Below, one piece after another: positions 15,874 to 24,000 of a DNA stretch of 24,000 nucleotides. The position numbers were made by a program, and so were the translations under genes. The DNA comes from Prochlorothrix sp. (GTDB lineage Bacteria > Cyanobacteriota > Cyanobacteriia > Prochlorotrichales > Prochlorotrichaceae). Location of the stretch: assembly GCA_035286285.1 (NCBI GenBank), contig JAYKJG010000348.1:1-24000 (forward strand). Reading direction: 5' to 3'. Numbering within the stretch: position 1 is the stretch's first letter; each line of letters opens with the position of its first letter. The notes beneath the pieces were generated by a model. It worked only from the letters and a program-made list of their open reading frames with translations, was not told the origin of the DNA and searched no databases.

Positions 15874-16668
15874 TTAACTGGACTCCAGGTGAGGGTCTGT
15901 TTGGAGGATCGTCAGGATCTCAGTTTCAAATGCTTGTGCCTGGGAACAGCATTGCTTAAGATTTTGCCAATTTTCGGTGACTTTTGGTGCATAAACCCGA
16001 TAATTTCGGACACTTTTCTTGATTCGTTGTTGTTTTGGCAACTGCGCTAGCCGTTTCTCAACCTTGGGATCGCATTCACCCCCTTGCAAACAGGGGTGAC
16101 TTGGCGGTAGGACCGCAGTTGCTAACCAAGTACCCGAAGATTGGGCAGGTAAGCAGAAACAAGTTTGGTTTCCTGGTATTGCCTGTCCTAGCCAACTCCG
16201 AATGACTTCTAGAAGTGAGGTAACCGTTGCGGACACTGGGGGACATGGCTGCTGACAAGGCAGGCACTTCCAAGCGTTGTCTTGAGCCATCTTTGAGAAA
16301 TAAGGTTCATCCTTGGGATCGTAGTCTTGATACTCAAAGCCTCCCACATCTACATCTACGTGAATAATCAATAAGTCAAAACAAGCCAGGGTTGGATCAA
16401 AATCGAGAGAGCCTTGATGTCGCTTTTGAGTCTCGTGGCACCATTTGGCGACCCCGCCCCAACCTGTCCCTAGCCGGGGCTGAGTGGCCTCTGGTTGCAG
16501 TAAGGTCAGGACAAAGGGATTGGGTAAAATTGCCTTGAGAGCAGCCTGAATCACTTCTAAATCCCCTGGTCCTTCAGCAACTAAAGCAATGCGTAGAGTT
16601 CTATTGAAGAGCTTGGGGAGGATGGTAGACTGTTTGCTGGGCAGCGTTGGATCTGTGGCCTCAGACAT
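15874..16668 (-). CDS. TOPRIM-like protein (DUF4276/DUF4435/RloB-like) with a Cys-rich insert
   Basis: Near the N-terminus is RIALVAEGPGDLEV (an EG..D/E motif). About 70 aa later comes LLIIHVDVDVGG (an acidic DxD cluster), as in OLD-type TOPRIM partners of ABC ATPases. The insert reads WKCLPCQQPCPP...CFCLP...HPCLQGGECDP. I prefer ATG 16668, which overlaps the ATPase stop by 8 nt (ATGTCTGA). The track start 16683 is a TTG. Confidence 0.65.
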   Translation of the reverse strand: MSEATDPTLPSKQSTILPKLFNRTLRIALVAEGPGDLEVIQAALKAILPNPFVLTLLQPEATQPRLGTGWGGVAKWCHETQKRHQGSLDFDPTLACFDLLIIHVDVDVGGFEYQDYDPKDEPYFSKMAQDNAWKCLPCQQPCPPVSATVTSLLEVIRSWLGQAIPGNQTCFCLPAQSSGTWLATAVLPPSHPCLQGGECDPKVEKRLAQLPKQQRIKKSVRNYRVYAPKVTENWQNLKQCCSQAQAFETEILTILQTDPHLESS

Positions 16669-17890
16669 GGGGGACGGCTCCAAGGTGGCCCATTAGCCAC
16701 AGGCGCGAAAGGGGATACTGTTGGTTGAGATCCAGCAGTTGGGCGTTGAGGGTAAGGCGTTGGATGACAGTTTGGCCGTTACTATTACGATCGACGGCAA
16801 ACAGACGCACCTCTGGATCGCCTAGGTCCAGACCATCAAGGGCAGCCGGGTTATGAACCGTAAAGAGAATCTGGCGATCGGGGCTACTATGAACTAACCA
16901 ACTGGGCAAACGGGTGATTAGTGCCCTCAGCAGGCGGGGATTGAGGGCTTGATCGAGATTGTCGATCGCTAAGGTTTGGGGGGCTGGGGGCAATAGGCAC
17001 AGTAGCGCGGTAAACAGAATATACAGTGCCCCTTCACTGGCATCGTAGGCAGTCAATTCATTGCGGCTTTTCTGCATAAACCGATCGCTAAATTTCAAAA
17101 TTTCTTTGGTACGGGGAACCTTCGGGGAGAGGAGTTTTGCCCCATACCGAATCGTCTCGATGTCGGCTACCCAGTCAATTAGCTCTAGAATTTGCTCAAA
17201 AATGACTTCTGACTGGTTTTCAGAAGCCATTGCAAGGTCTTTTGAGTCACTGTCGGCTTTTGCCTCAAGATATTGCCGAAGACTTGCAAACCCCTCCGCC
17301 AGTTGACCGCCATTGAGTCCTACGGGAGTGCGGGACTGCTGATCAGGAACAATCCCCCGTAGGGTTGGTGTGTTAGGGCAGTAAATGGCAAAGTCTCGGA
17401 GTTGCTGTATGAGTTGGTTTGCAGGGCTGTCGCGTGCCAAATTGACCAGTTGTAGGGCCGCGAGTCCTGCTTGGGGATTGAGATTTTTCTGACTTCGCAC
17501 ACCACTGGCAATAATCTCAGTGGTGCCATCATGGAGCACTTCTGTTTTATAGGACCAGGCTGGATCAGGGGAATCAATGGGATTGAGGAGGGAAACCCGG
17601 TAAAAGGCTTGGCTCTCGCTAGTGGCCTCGATCGTGATGTGGGGAGGAGTGCGATCGGACCGAAAGGAGCTTTTATAGAGCCGTGGCAAGCTAGCCCGAA
17701 CCCCGCGCCGGAGCAAACTTTCATCGTCTACAACGCCATTGGCAGCGGCTCCCAGAACCCCAAGGGCTTCTAAGACATTACTTTTGCCGACTCCATTGGC
17801 TCCAATCAAACAGTTCAGCCGACCCAGTTCCAACTTGGCCTGGTAAATAGACTTGAAGCCCTGAATTTTAACCTGGCGAATCATGCCCAT
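16661..17890 (-). CDS. ABC/OLD-type AAA ATPase (AAA_21/AAA_15-like, COG-type 'predicted ATPase')
   Basis: Motifs are IQGFKSI...LNCLIGANGVGKSNVLEAL (Walker A), SEGALYILFTALL (signature-like), LAIDNLDQALNP (Walker B/D-loop), ILFTVHNP (H-loop) and the C-terminal LSRLWLMGHLGAVP. Confidence 0.88.
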   Translation of the reverse strand: MGMIRQVKIQGFKSIYQAKLELGRLNCLIGANGVGKSNVLEALGVLGAAANGVVDDESLLRRGVRASLPRLYKSSFRSDRTPPHITIEATSESQAFYRVSLLNPIDSPDPAWSYKTEVLHDGTTEIIASGVRSQKNLNPQAGLAALQLVNLARDSPANQLIQQLRDFAIYCPNTPTLRGIVPDQQSRTPVGLNGGQLAEGFASLRQYLEAKADSDSKDLAMASENQSEVIFEQILELIDWVADIETIRYGAKLLSPKVPRTKEILKFSDRFMQKSRNELTAYDASEGALYILFTALLCLLPPAPQTLAIDNLDQALNPRLLRALITRLPSWLVHSSPDRQILFTVHNPAALDGLDLGDPEVRLFAVDRNSNGQTVIQRLTLNAQLLDLNQQYPLSRLWLMGHLGAVPHV

Positions 17891-17895
17891 AGTCG

Positions 17896-17939
17896 CTGTG
17901 GTGGGTCGTTGAAGACTACTGTGGTGGGTTATCGAAGAC
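17896..17939. promoter_or_regulatory. Two 21-bp direct repeats (23-bp period) immediately upstream of the ATPase start codon
   Basis: The copies are ctgtggtgggtcgttgaagac (17896-17916) and ctgtggtgggttatcgaagac (17919-17939), identical at 17 of 21 positions. The first copy ends 5 nt from the start codon at 17890. Function is unknown. Confidence 0.35.
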
Positions 17940-18101
17940 CCTTTGCATCATACCCTACTTGAATCTTGTTTAAGGGACAGGCTTTTGGGAGAGTATAGGG
18001 CAAGGCTATGGACTACCCTAAAGCAGGGGGTGCGGGTTTCCCGCCTACGATGCTTGGACCTCGGTCTAATCTCTTCCAGTTTGGCAGCATAATAACCGTT
18101 T

Positions 18102-19463
18102 ATGAGCGACTCCCGTCTTGATCCTGTAACTGCAACGCATTCCCTGCTGGCGCAAACTCAGCAGCATTTGCAAGCGCTGTTGCAACGCTATCAAGCCCAA
18201 ACTCAAGCCCAGCCCCGATCGGCCCATACCCCACCTAACCCAACCCTGGGAGCCAGTTACCAAGGCCAGATCGATCGCCTCAGTACCCTAGTGCATAAAC
18301 TAGAGCAGCGGATTGTGACGATCGCCGCCTTTGGCTTGGTCAGTCGGGGCAAGTCGGCGGTGCTGAATGGGTTGCTGGGGCAGAAGTTGTTGGAGACCGG
18401 GCCGATTAATGGGGTGACGCGGTGGCCCCAGACGGTGCGCTGGAGTGGGCCACAGTTGGGGGGATTTCAGGTGGATTTAGTTGATACACCGGGTTTAGAT
18501 GAAATTGAGGGGCAAAGCCGGACAGCTATGGCGAAAACCGTGGCTCAACAGACGGATTTGATTTTATTTATTGTGGCGGGGGATGTGACCCGCACTGAGT
18601 ATGAGGCCATCCAAACCCTCCTCCAGTTCCAAAAGCCGATTCTGTTGGTGTTTAACAAGACAGATCTCTATCCCGTGACCGATCGGGCTGAAATTTTAGC
18701 AAAATTGCGTCAATTTTTGGTTAACCAAGGGGAAACTGCTGAATCTCTAACGTTATCCACCGCCGATGTTCTCCCTGTTGCCGCAGAGCCTGCCCCGCTC
18801 CAGGTTCGCATTGAAGATGCAACGGGAACCGTAACCCAAACCTGGGAAACCCCAGCGGCCCAAATGGGGGAGTTGGCCGATCGGCTCAGCCAAATCCTCC
18901 TCCAGGAAGGAGAACAACTGCTCGCCCTCAATGCTTTGGTCCAGGCCCGCAGTGCGGCGGAAACCTTAGCGCAGGTCCAAATTCAGACCCAAAATGAGCA
19001 AGCAGAGCAGGATTTGAGTCGGGTTGTCTGGACTAAGGCGGCGGCGATCGCCCTCTGTCCGGTGGGGCTGGGGGATTTGGCCGTGGGAGCGGTGCTGGAT
19101 TTGGTGGCGGTGCGGACCTTGGCCCAGCGCTATGGGTTGCCGATGACGCGGCATCGGGTGGGGCGACTGTGGCAGCGCTGGTTGGCCAGTGGGGCGATTT
19201 TACTGCTGGGAGAGGGGTTGAGCCAGGGATTTTTGGGCTTGAGCTTGGGGGAGAGCGGTCTAGCGGCCTGGGGTGGGGCGGGGCTAGTGCAGGGGCTGGC
19301 AGCGGCCTATGGAGGCTATCAGGTGGGCCGATCGGCCCAGGTCTATTTACAGGAGGGTTGTACCTGGGGGCCGGAGGGTGCAAGCTGGCTCATTGAGGGG
19401 ATTTTGTGCCAAGCTACGCCCCAGGGGGTCATTGCCCGGTTACGGCAGTTGGGGGCTGGCTAA
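18102..19463 (+). CDS. GTP-binding protein with a C-terminal Gly/Ala-rich hydrophobic (DUF697-like) region
   Basis: G1 is GLVSRGKSAVLNGLLG, G3 is DLVDTPG and G4 is VFNKTD. The C-terminal ~130 aa are hydrophobic (AAAIALCPVGLGDLAVGAVLDLVAV...). Confidence 0.85.
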   Translation: MSDSRLDPVTATHSLLAQTQQHLQALLQRYQAQTQAQPRSAHTPPNPTLGASYQGQIDRLSTLVHKLEQRIVTIAAFGLVSRGKSAVLNGLLGQKLLETGPINGVTRWPQTVRWSGPQLGGFQVDLVDTPGLDEIEGQSRTAMAKTVAQQTDLILFIVAGDVTRTEYEAIQTLLQFQKPILLVFNKTDLYPVTDRAEILAKLRQFLVNQGETAESLTLSTADVLPVAAEPAPLQVRIEDATGTVTQTWETPAAQMGELADRLSQILLQEGEQLLALNALVQARSAAETLAQVQIQTQNEQAEQDLSRVVWTKAAAIALCPVGLGDLAVGAVLDLVAVRTLAQRYGLPMTRHRVGRLWQRWLASGAILLLGEGLSQGFLGLSLGESGLAAWGGAGLVQGLAAAYGGYQVGRSAQVYLQEGCTWGPEGASWLIEGILCQATPQGVIARLRQLGAG

Positions 19464-20025
19464 CAACCGAAACCTCGACAATTTCACGGCTATCCCGGTT
19501 CAATGCCAACCCAAGCCAACGTTGGCGTGTCGCCCCTGTGTTGCCCACCGGATGAATACAGTCCAGGGATGGGCTTTTTTAACGATTGGCCGTAGGCTCG
19601 ACCCCCCGATCGAGGCCCAGTGCCGTCCCAAACCCCAGGACATTCCACCTCCCTTAAGCTGAGAGACTTAGATCTCGACCAGATTGACAGAAACCGGCAT
19701 CAATGGAGGAATTCCAGATCGGTCTTTAGGGGTATGTTATGCTCAAGCAAGATGGAGCGGTCTCTCCCGGAAACTACTGAGAGAACCCCCAGCGAGTCCT
19801 CCTGAGGACACCGGGTCAGCCCAGTTCTGCCTGGGACACGATCACCGAAATCAGCGTTGCAGTGAAGGGCCAAGCGGTCCCTTCCCCTTATCTTGAACAC
19901 CCTGACTGAGCAACCCTCTCTAAAAATCTTCTGGACTGGGTTCGATCGTCCACCCGATCCATACCTTGTCTAGCATCGGGTTCATCCTCAGCCAGTCATT
20001 TCCCCTGAAAGGGTCTACTTTTCCC

Positions 20026-20766
20026 ATGTCTACCCAGCGCTCCCACGCTTTGCCCTATACCCCAGTTTTGGTGGTACAGGATGGTCCCCACCAGTTCTCG
20101 CTGCCCCTAGAGCGTAATCTCTACACCTTGGGCCGGGATCCTCTCTGTACGATTACCCTACGATCGCCCTATGTCTCCCGCCTCCATGCCACCTTGATCT
20201 ATCGCTGCGATGAACCCTGGGACAGCAATGGCCACGGCTACTACGAGCTAATTGATGGGGATGGGGGCGAAATCCGCAGCCGCAACGGCCTGCTGGTCAA
20301 TCGGCATAAAATCCAACAACATACGCTCTGCTTAGGGGATGAAATTGACCTCGCACCGGATGTGCATCTCACCTATACCATTACCCCCAGTGACCTCAAC
20401 CGGCTGGTGCTCGACGAAGCCTATTGGTTTGATGCGCAGTCGGAGTCCGGCGATCGCTCGGAACACTCCCAAGCCCTCCGACAACTGTGGCAACGGCTCC
20501 AACAACAAGCCCCCCGCAGTGCCAACCAATATGTGCCCCAAGAAAACAACCATCACCAACTGCCCTCCTACGAAACCCTCCGACTTCAGGCTTACCAAAC
20601 CCCAACCCGCCCTGTACCCCTCAGTGAAGTTCCAGCAGCGGACCTAGAAGCGAGTGTCATCTGTGTGTATCCCGGCTCCTTCACCGGGGAAGAAGAAGAA
20701 GCGGTGATTATGCTCGATAAGAGCGCAGCCTATCAACTCCTCCAGGACCAAGACACCCCACCCTAA
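20026..20766 (+). CDS. FHA domain protein
   Basis: The FHA core reads YTLGRDPLCTITLRSPYVSRLHATLIYR...SRNGLLVNRHKIQQHTLCLGDEIDL. I prefer the start at ATG 20026 (MSTQRSH...); the track start is 19966. Confidence 0.85.
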   Translation: MSTQRSHALPYTPVLVVQDGPHQFSLPLERNLYTLGRDPLCTITLRSPYVSRLHATLIYRCDEPWDSNGHGYYELIDGDGGEIRSRNGLLVNRHKIQQHTLCLGDEIDLAPDVHLTYTITPSDLNRLVLDEAYWFDAQSESGDRSEHSQALRQLWQRLQQQAPRSANQYVPQENNHHQLPSYETLRLQAYQTPTRPVPLSEVPAADLEASVICVYPGSFTGEEEEAVIMLDKSAAYQLLQDQDTPP

Positions 20767-20798
20767 ACCGGCTCGCAACCCATCCCGATTGCAGTGCC

Positions 20799-22304
20799 TC
20801 AAGACAGGAGAGGGGTGCCAATTTCAAGGCGGTTGCGGCCCTTGGCCTTGGCTTGGTAGAGGGCACGATCGGCGCTGTCCACAATCTGCTGCGGGGACAG
20901 GGCTGCCGTCGGAATCACCGTAACCAAGCCCAAGCTGAGGGTGAGACAGTCCCCCACCGAAGAGCCGCGATGGGGAATTTGCAGGGCTTCAAGATTGGCC
21001 TGGAGGCGTTGGGCCACCTGCTGCGCTCCCTCAGAGGGGGTATAGGGCAAAATAACCGCAAATTCCTCACCCCCATAGCGGGCTGCTAAATCCATCGGGC
21101 GATGGCTAGCCTGGGCAATGGTTTGGGCCACCTGTTGCAAGCACCAATCCCCTTGGGGGTGGCCATAGCGATCGTTATAGGCTTTGAAATAGTCAATATC
21201 GCACAGCAGCAGCGACAACGGTTCCTGCTCCAGCAGCAGGGTTTTCCAGATCTGCCCCAGGTACTCATCCAAGGCGCGACGATTGGCCAAGCTGGTGAGA
21301 CTATCGACATTGGCCAGGTGCCGCAACTCCTGGTTCAGCAGGCGAAGCTGACTGTAGAGACTGGCCTGTTGAATTGCGACCTCCAACTGTTCCACCACCC
21401 GTGTGATCACCTGTAACTCCTCTGGGGTCCAGGGAGCATCCACCTCGCAGCGGTGAATAATGAGCGCTCCCCAATGTTCCGATCGCTGAAAAATCGGGGT
21501 AATCATTTCCGCCTTCACCTGCCACTGCGCCAGCGTTTCCTGATGCTGGGCTGAAACGGGTTGCACCGTTGCGTTGTGTGGAGGGAACCCGCCCGCCTGC
21601 ACTAACGAAGGAGAGCGGTCCAAGCTCGTGTGAATCCAGGGACAGTCTTCCAGGGTTAGGCCCAGCAAGGAACAGGACCCCTCGGTTAAAGACTCAGCCA
21701 CAATACGGCCCGGTTGGGTCTCTAGGGTTGGATCGGGGTTGAGGGTGTCTACCTCGGTGCATTGGTAAATCAGCACCCGATCGGCCTGGAAATAGGCCCG
21801 CACCGCTGCGGCTGTATTGGTCAGCAAGCTCTGCAATTCCAGGGATTCCAAGGTTCCCTGGGCAATACTGCGAATCAGCCGCTCCTGCTGTAGCTGCCGT
21901 TGGTTCCAGTCCTGGAGATACTTCAGTTCTAAGTGAGTTTTAACCCGCGCCAACAGTTCGGGCGCATTAAAGGGCTTGGTGATGTAATCGACAGCCCCAT
22001 GGGAAAATGCTTCTAACAAATGGGCCGGTTCATGGCTTGCGGTCAGAAAAATGACCGGAATGCTCTGAATCTCAGGATTCTGCTTGAGGCGGGTACACAC
22101 TTCTAGGCCATCAATGTCGGGCATCATCAGATCTAAAAGGATCAAGTCTGGGCGGGCTGTGATTACCCGTTCAAGTGCTTGTTCGCCATTTTTAGCAAAA
22201 GTGACTTTATAGCCTCTATTTTGCAGAATCTCGCCTAAAACCCGAAGATTCGAGGTAATATCATCAACAATCAGGACTAATGTATCGGCAGGATTCATAG
22301 CCAT
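20799..22304 (-). CDS. Response regulator with REC, GAF-like and GGDEF domains (diguanylate cyclase)
   Basis: REC is LIVDDITSNLRVL...LILLDLMMPDIDG...VIFLTA. A central GAF-like region follows (AVRAYFQADRVLIYQC...GRIVAESL). The GGDEF domain has LTSLANRRALDEYL and the active site RYGGEEFAVIL. RPMD sits 5 residues upstream (RxxD I-site). Confidence 0.92.
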   Translation of the reverse strand: MAMNPADTLVLIVDDITSNLRVLGEILQNRGYKVTFAKNGEQALERVITARPDLILLDLMMPDIDGLEVCTRLKQNPEIQSIPVIFLTASHEPAHLLEAFSHGAVDYITKPFNAPELLARVKTHLELKYLQDWNQRQLQQERLIRSIAQGTLESLELQSLLTNTAAAVRAYFQADRVLIYQCTEVDTLNPDPTLETQPGRIVAESLTEGSCSLLGLTLEDCPWIHTSLDRSPSLVQAGGFPPHNATVQPVSAQHQETLAQWQVKAEMITPIFQRSEHWGALIIHRCEVDAPWTPEELQVITRVVEQLEVAIQQASLYSQLRLLNQELRHLANVDSLTSLANRRALDEYLGQIWKTLLLEQEPLSLLLCDIDYFKAYNDRYGHPQGDWCLQQVAQTIAQASHRPMDLAARYGGEEFAVILPYTPSEGAQQVAQRLQANLEALQIPHRGSSVGDCLTLSLGLVTVIPTAALSPQQIVDSADRALYQAKAKGRNRLEIGTPLLS

Positions 22305-22477
22305 GGGGCGGCGGAGGAAAAAGAAGGGGAGCCTAGGGAGTGGGAGACTGAAGCAGGGTACTGCGGAAGTGCGACGGCATCCTGGTGTGACGGCATCCTG
22401 GGCTGAATTCAGGGGCTTAGACGTTGCAAGGTTGCCGTGCCAAACACTTCATTTTAGAGTTTCAGGGTTGCATTGGT

Positions 22478-24000
22478 CTAGCTAGCCTCTGCAAAGGTCT
22501 TCACTACATCCTGAAACTGGCGGACGGTTTCAGGAATCTTATCCCATTCAAACTCCTCTAGTTGGTGCTTCAGAACATGGGTGTAGTGCTTCAGAAGGGG
22601 AGCGTCATAGGTTTGACCCAAGGTTTCTAAGCGCTCTGCAAAGGCTTCTAACTCTGGCAAAACCAGCGTTTTACAGAGGCGGAACCAAGAGGCTTGGTAC
22701 TCTTGCTGAAGTGATTGCACCAGGGCTGGGAGATCGGTGGCGGTGGGGGGCGGGGGGGTGAGTGACTGCGGCGATGGGGTTGTGGGGGTAGCCAGCTTGG
22801 CTGCCGCAGCAGGGGCGATCGCGGCGGGGGCGATCGCGGCGGGACAGCGGGACAAAACCCCCTCCAAGGCCGCAAATAACTGATCCCGGCTCACGGGTCT
22901 GCGGATAAAGCCCTGGCATTGCCCCCGCAAACTACTTTCTTCATCGGCACTGGACGAGGCCGTCAGCACCAAAATTGGAATCTGGGCGGTTTTGGGATCC
23001 TGACGGATCAGGGCTGTGGCCTCATGGCCATCCATCACCGGCATTCGCAAATCCATTAAAATCACGTCGGGCTGGTGCTGCTGGGCGATCCAAACCGCTT
23101 CTTGACCCTGTTCCGCAAACTGGAGGGTGTGGTGGGTGTCCTGGAAATAGCCCGCCAGGAGTAACCGGTTAGATTCCACATCATCGGCCACCAGAATCCG
23201 GGCCGGAGCCAAGTGGTTAAAGTCGATCGTCGTGGGCCGTAGTAGGAGGGTCGGCGGTGAAGCATGGGCAACCACCTCCAAGTCGGGGAAGTGGAAGATA
23301 AAGCGGCTGCCTTTGCCCAATTCGCTGTCGAGGGAAATCTGGCCCCCCAGCATTTGCACCAATCGCTCTGTAATCGTCAGCCCCAGTCCCGTACCGCCGT
23401 ATTTGCGATTACTTTGGCCTTCACTTTGGGTAAAGGAGGCAAAAATGCGATCGTGCTGGTCTGGGGCAATGCCAATGCCCGTATCTTCCACCACCAACTC
23501 CAGGCAGAAGCGCGATGCCGTGGGATGGTTGGGATCGGGGAAGGGCACCAGGTTACAGGAATCGCCCTGGGCATTGGGACTTGGGTACTGGTGGGCACAC
23601 CCGTGGAGATAGAGGGTAACGCCGCCGGTTTCGGTGAATTTCAGGGCATTCCCCACCACATTAAAGAGAATTTGCCGTAACCGAACCTCATCCATCATTA
23701 ACAGTTGGGGCAGGTTGGGATCAAAGTGCATCTCCAGGCTCAGGCCCCGATCCGCCGCCTGTTGCAGAAAGATACTGTGAATTTCCTGGACCAGCCGCCG
23801 GAGGTCCACGGGTTCGTAGTGGAGTTGCAGCTTGCCCGCCTCAATTTTGGACAGATCGAGGATATCGTTGATCAGGGCCAGGAGAGTGGAGCCGCTGTTA
23901 GTGATAGCTTGGAGATAGTTCCGCGCCTGGGGCTGATGGTGGGTGTAGGGTTGGAGCAGGTCGGCAAAGCCCAGGACAGCATTCATGGGGGTGCGAATTT
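22478..24000 (-). CDS. Hybrid sensor histidine kinase, N-terminally truncated by the window: DHp/HATPase_c, REC, C-terminal helical (possibly HPt-like) domain
   Basis: The reading frame continues past 24000 (..IRTPMNAVLGFADLL follows the H-box). HATPase_c motifs are N-box NVVGNALKFT, VEDTGIGI and GGTGLGLTI. REC is ILVADDVESNRLL...VILMDLRMPVMDG...ILVLTAS. The C-terminal ~100 aa contain THVLKHQL, only loosely HxxKG-like. Confidence 0.9.
   Translation of the reverse strand, partial: IRTPMNAVLGFADLLQPYTHHQPQARNYLQAITNSGSTLLALINDILDLSKIEAGKLQLHYEPVDLRRLVQEIHSIFLQQAADRGLSLEMHFDPNLPQLLMMDEVRLRQILFNVVGNALKFTETGGVTLYLHGCAHQYPSPNAQGDSCNLVPFPDPNHPTASRFCLELVVEDTGIGIAPDQHDRIFASFTQSEGQSNRKYGGTGLGLTITERLVQMLGGQISLDSELGKGSRFIFHFPDLEVVAHASPPTLLLRPTTIDFNHLAPARILVADDVESNRLLLAGYFQDTHHTLQFAEQGQEAVWIAQQHQPDVILMDLRMPVMDGHEATALIRQDPKTAQIPILVLTASSSADEESSLRGQCQGFIRRPVSRDQLFAALEGVLSRCPAAIAPAAIAPAAAAKLATPTTPSPQSLTPPPPTATDLPALVQSLQQEYQASWFRLCKTLVLPELEAFAERLETLGQTYDAPLLKHYTHVLKHQLEEFEWDKIPETVRQFQDVVKTFAEAS

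Noticed and set aside
19464-20025. The ~560-bp ORF-poor region upstream of the FHA gene as an ncRNA or riboswitch locus. It contains a 12-bp palindrome GCCAACGTTGGC at 19515-19526 and a weak hairpin plus T6 near 19543-19580.
   Set aside because: I recognised no known RNA family signature. The hairpin plus T-run is adequately explained as the terminator of the upstream GTPase gene. The remaining ORFs there (19620-19805, 19684-19896, 19700-19900) have no motifs.

Overview
The window looks like a cyanobacterial chromosome segment. It is GC-rich and dense in GCGATCGC (HIP1) and GATCG motifs. Most genes are ordinary: a rimK operon, tRNA-Pro(GGG), a membrane desaturase, pgl, coaX, a GT2 glycosyltransferase, an ABC exporter, a GTPase, an FHA protein, and a hybrid histidine kinase followed by a REC-GAF-GGDEF regulator.

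Three compact two-gene modules stand out. Each has overlapping stop/start codons and is visibly more A/T-rich than its flanks.
(1) 10260-11671: a stand-alone deaminase-fold protein (DAE ... PCPSC) plus an unrecognised 302-aa partner, a toxin/immunity-like arrangement.
(2) 13756-15524: a DUF262 (ParB/GmrSD N-terminal-like) protein plus a separate HEPN (Rx4H) protein.
(3) 15874-17890: an ABC/OLD-type ATPase plus a TOPRIM-like (DUF4276/DUF4435-like) protein with a Cys-rich insert.

Modules 2 and 3 are convergent and form a roughly 4.5-kb islet. An orphan 3' fragment of lysyl-tRNA synthetase sits at its left edge. I consider this islet and the deaminase pair the best candidates for uncharacterised defence or conflict systems.

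The window also carries a family of MITE-like elements. They have GGGTGCATTTCACTTTGC-type terminal inverted repeats around variable arrays of a 29-bp hairpin unit. Two inverted copies bracket the tRNA and a third is cut by the window start. Several other tandem or hairpin repeats are present.

All functional calls rest on motif recognition by eye. No database search was possible.
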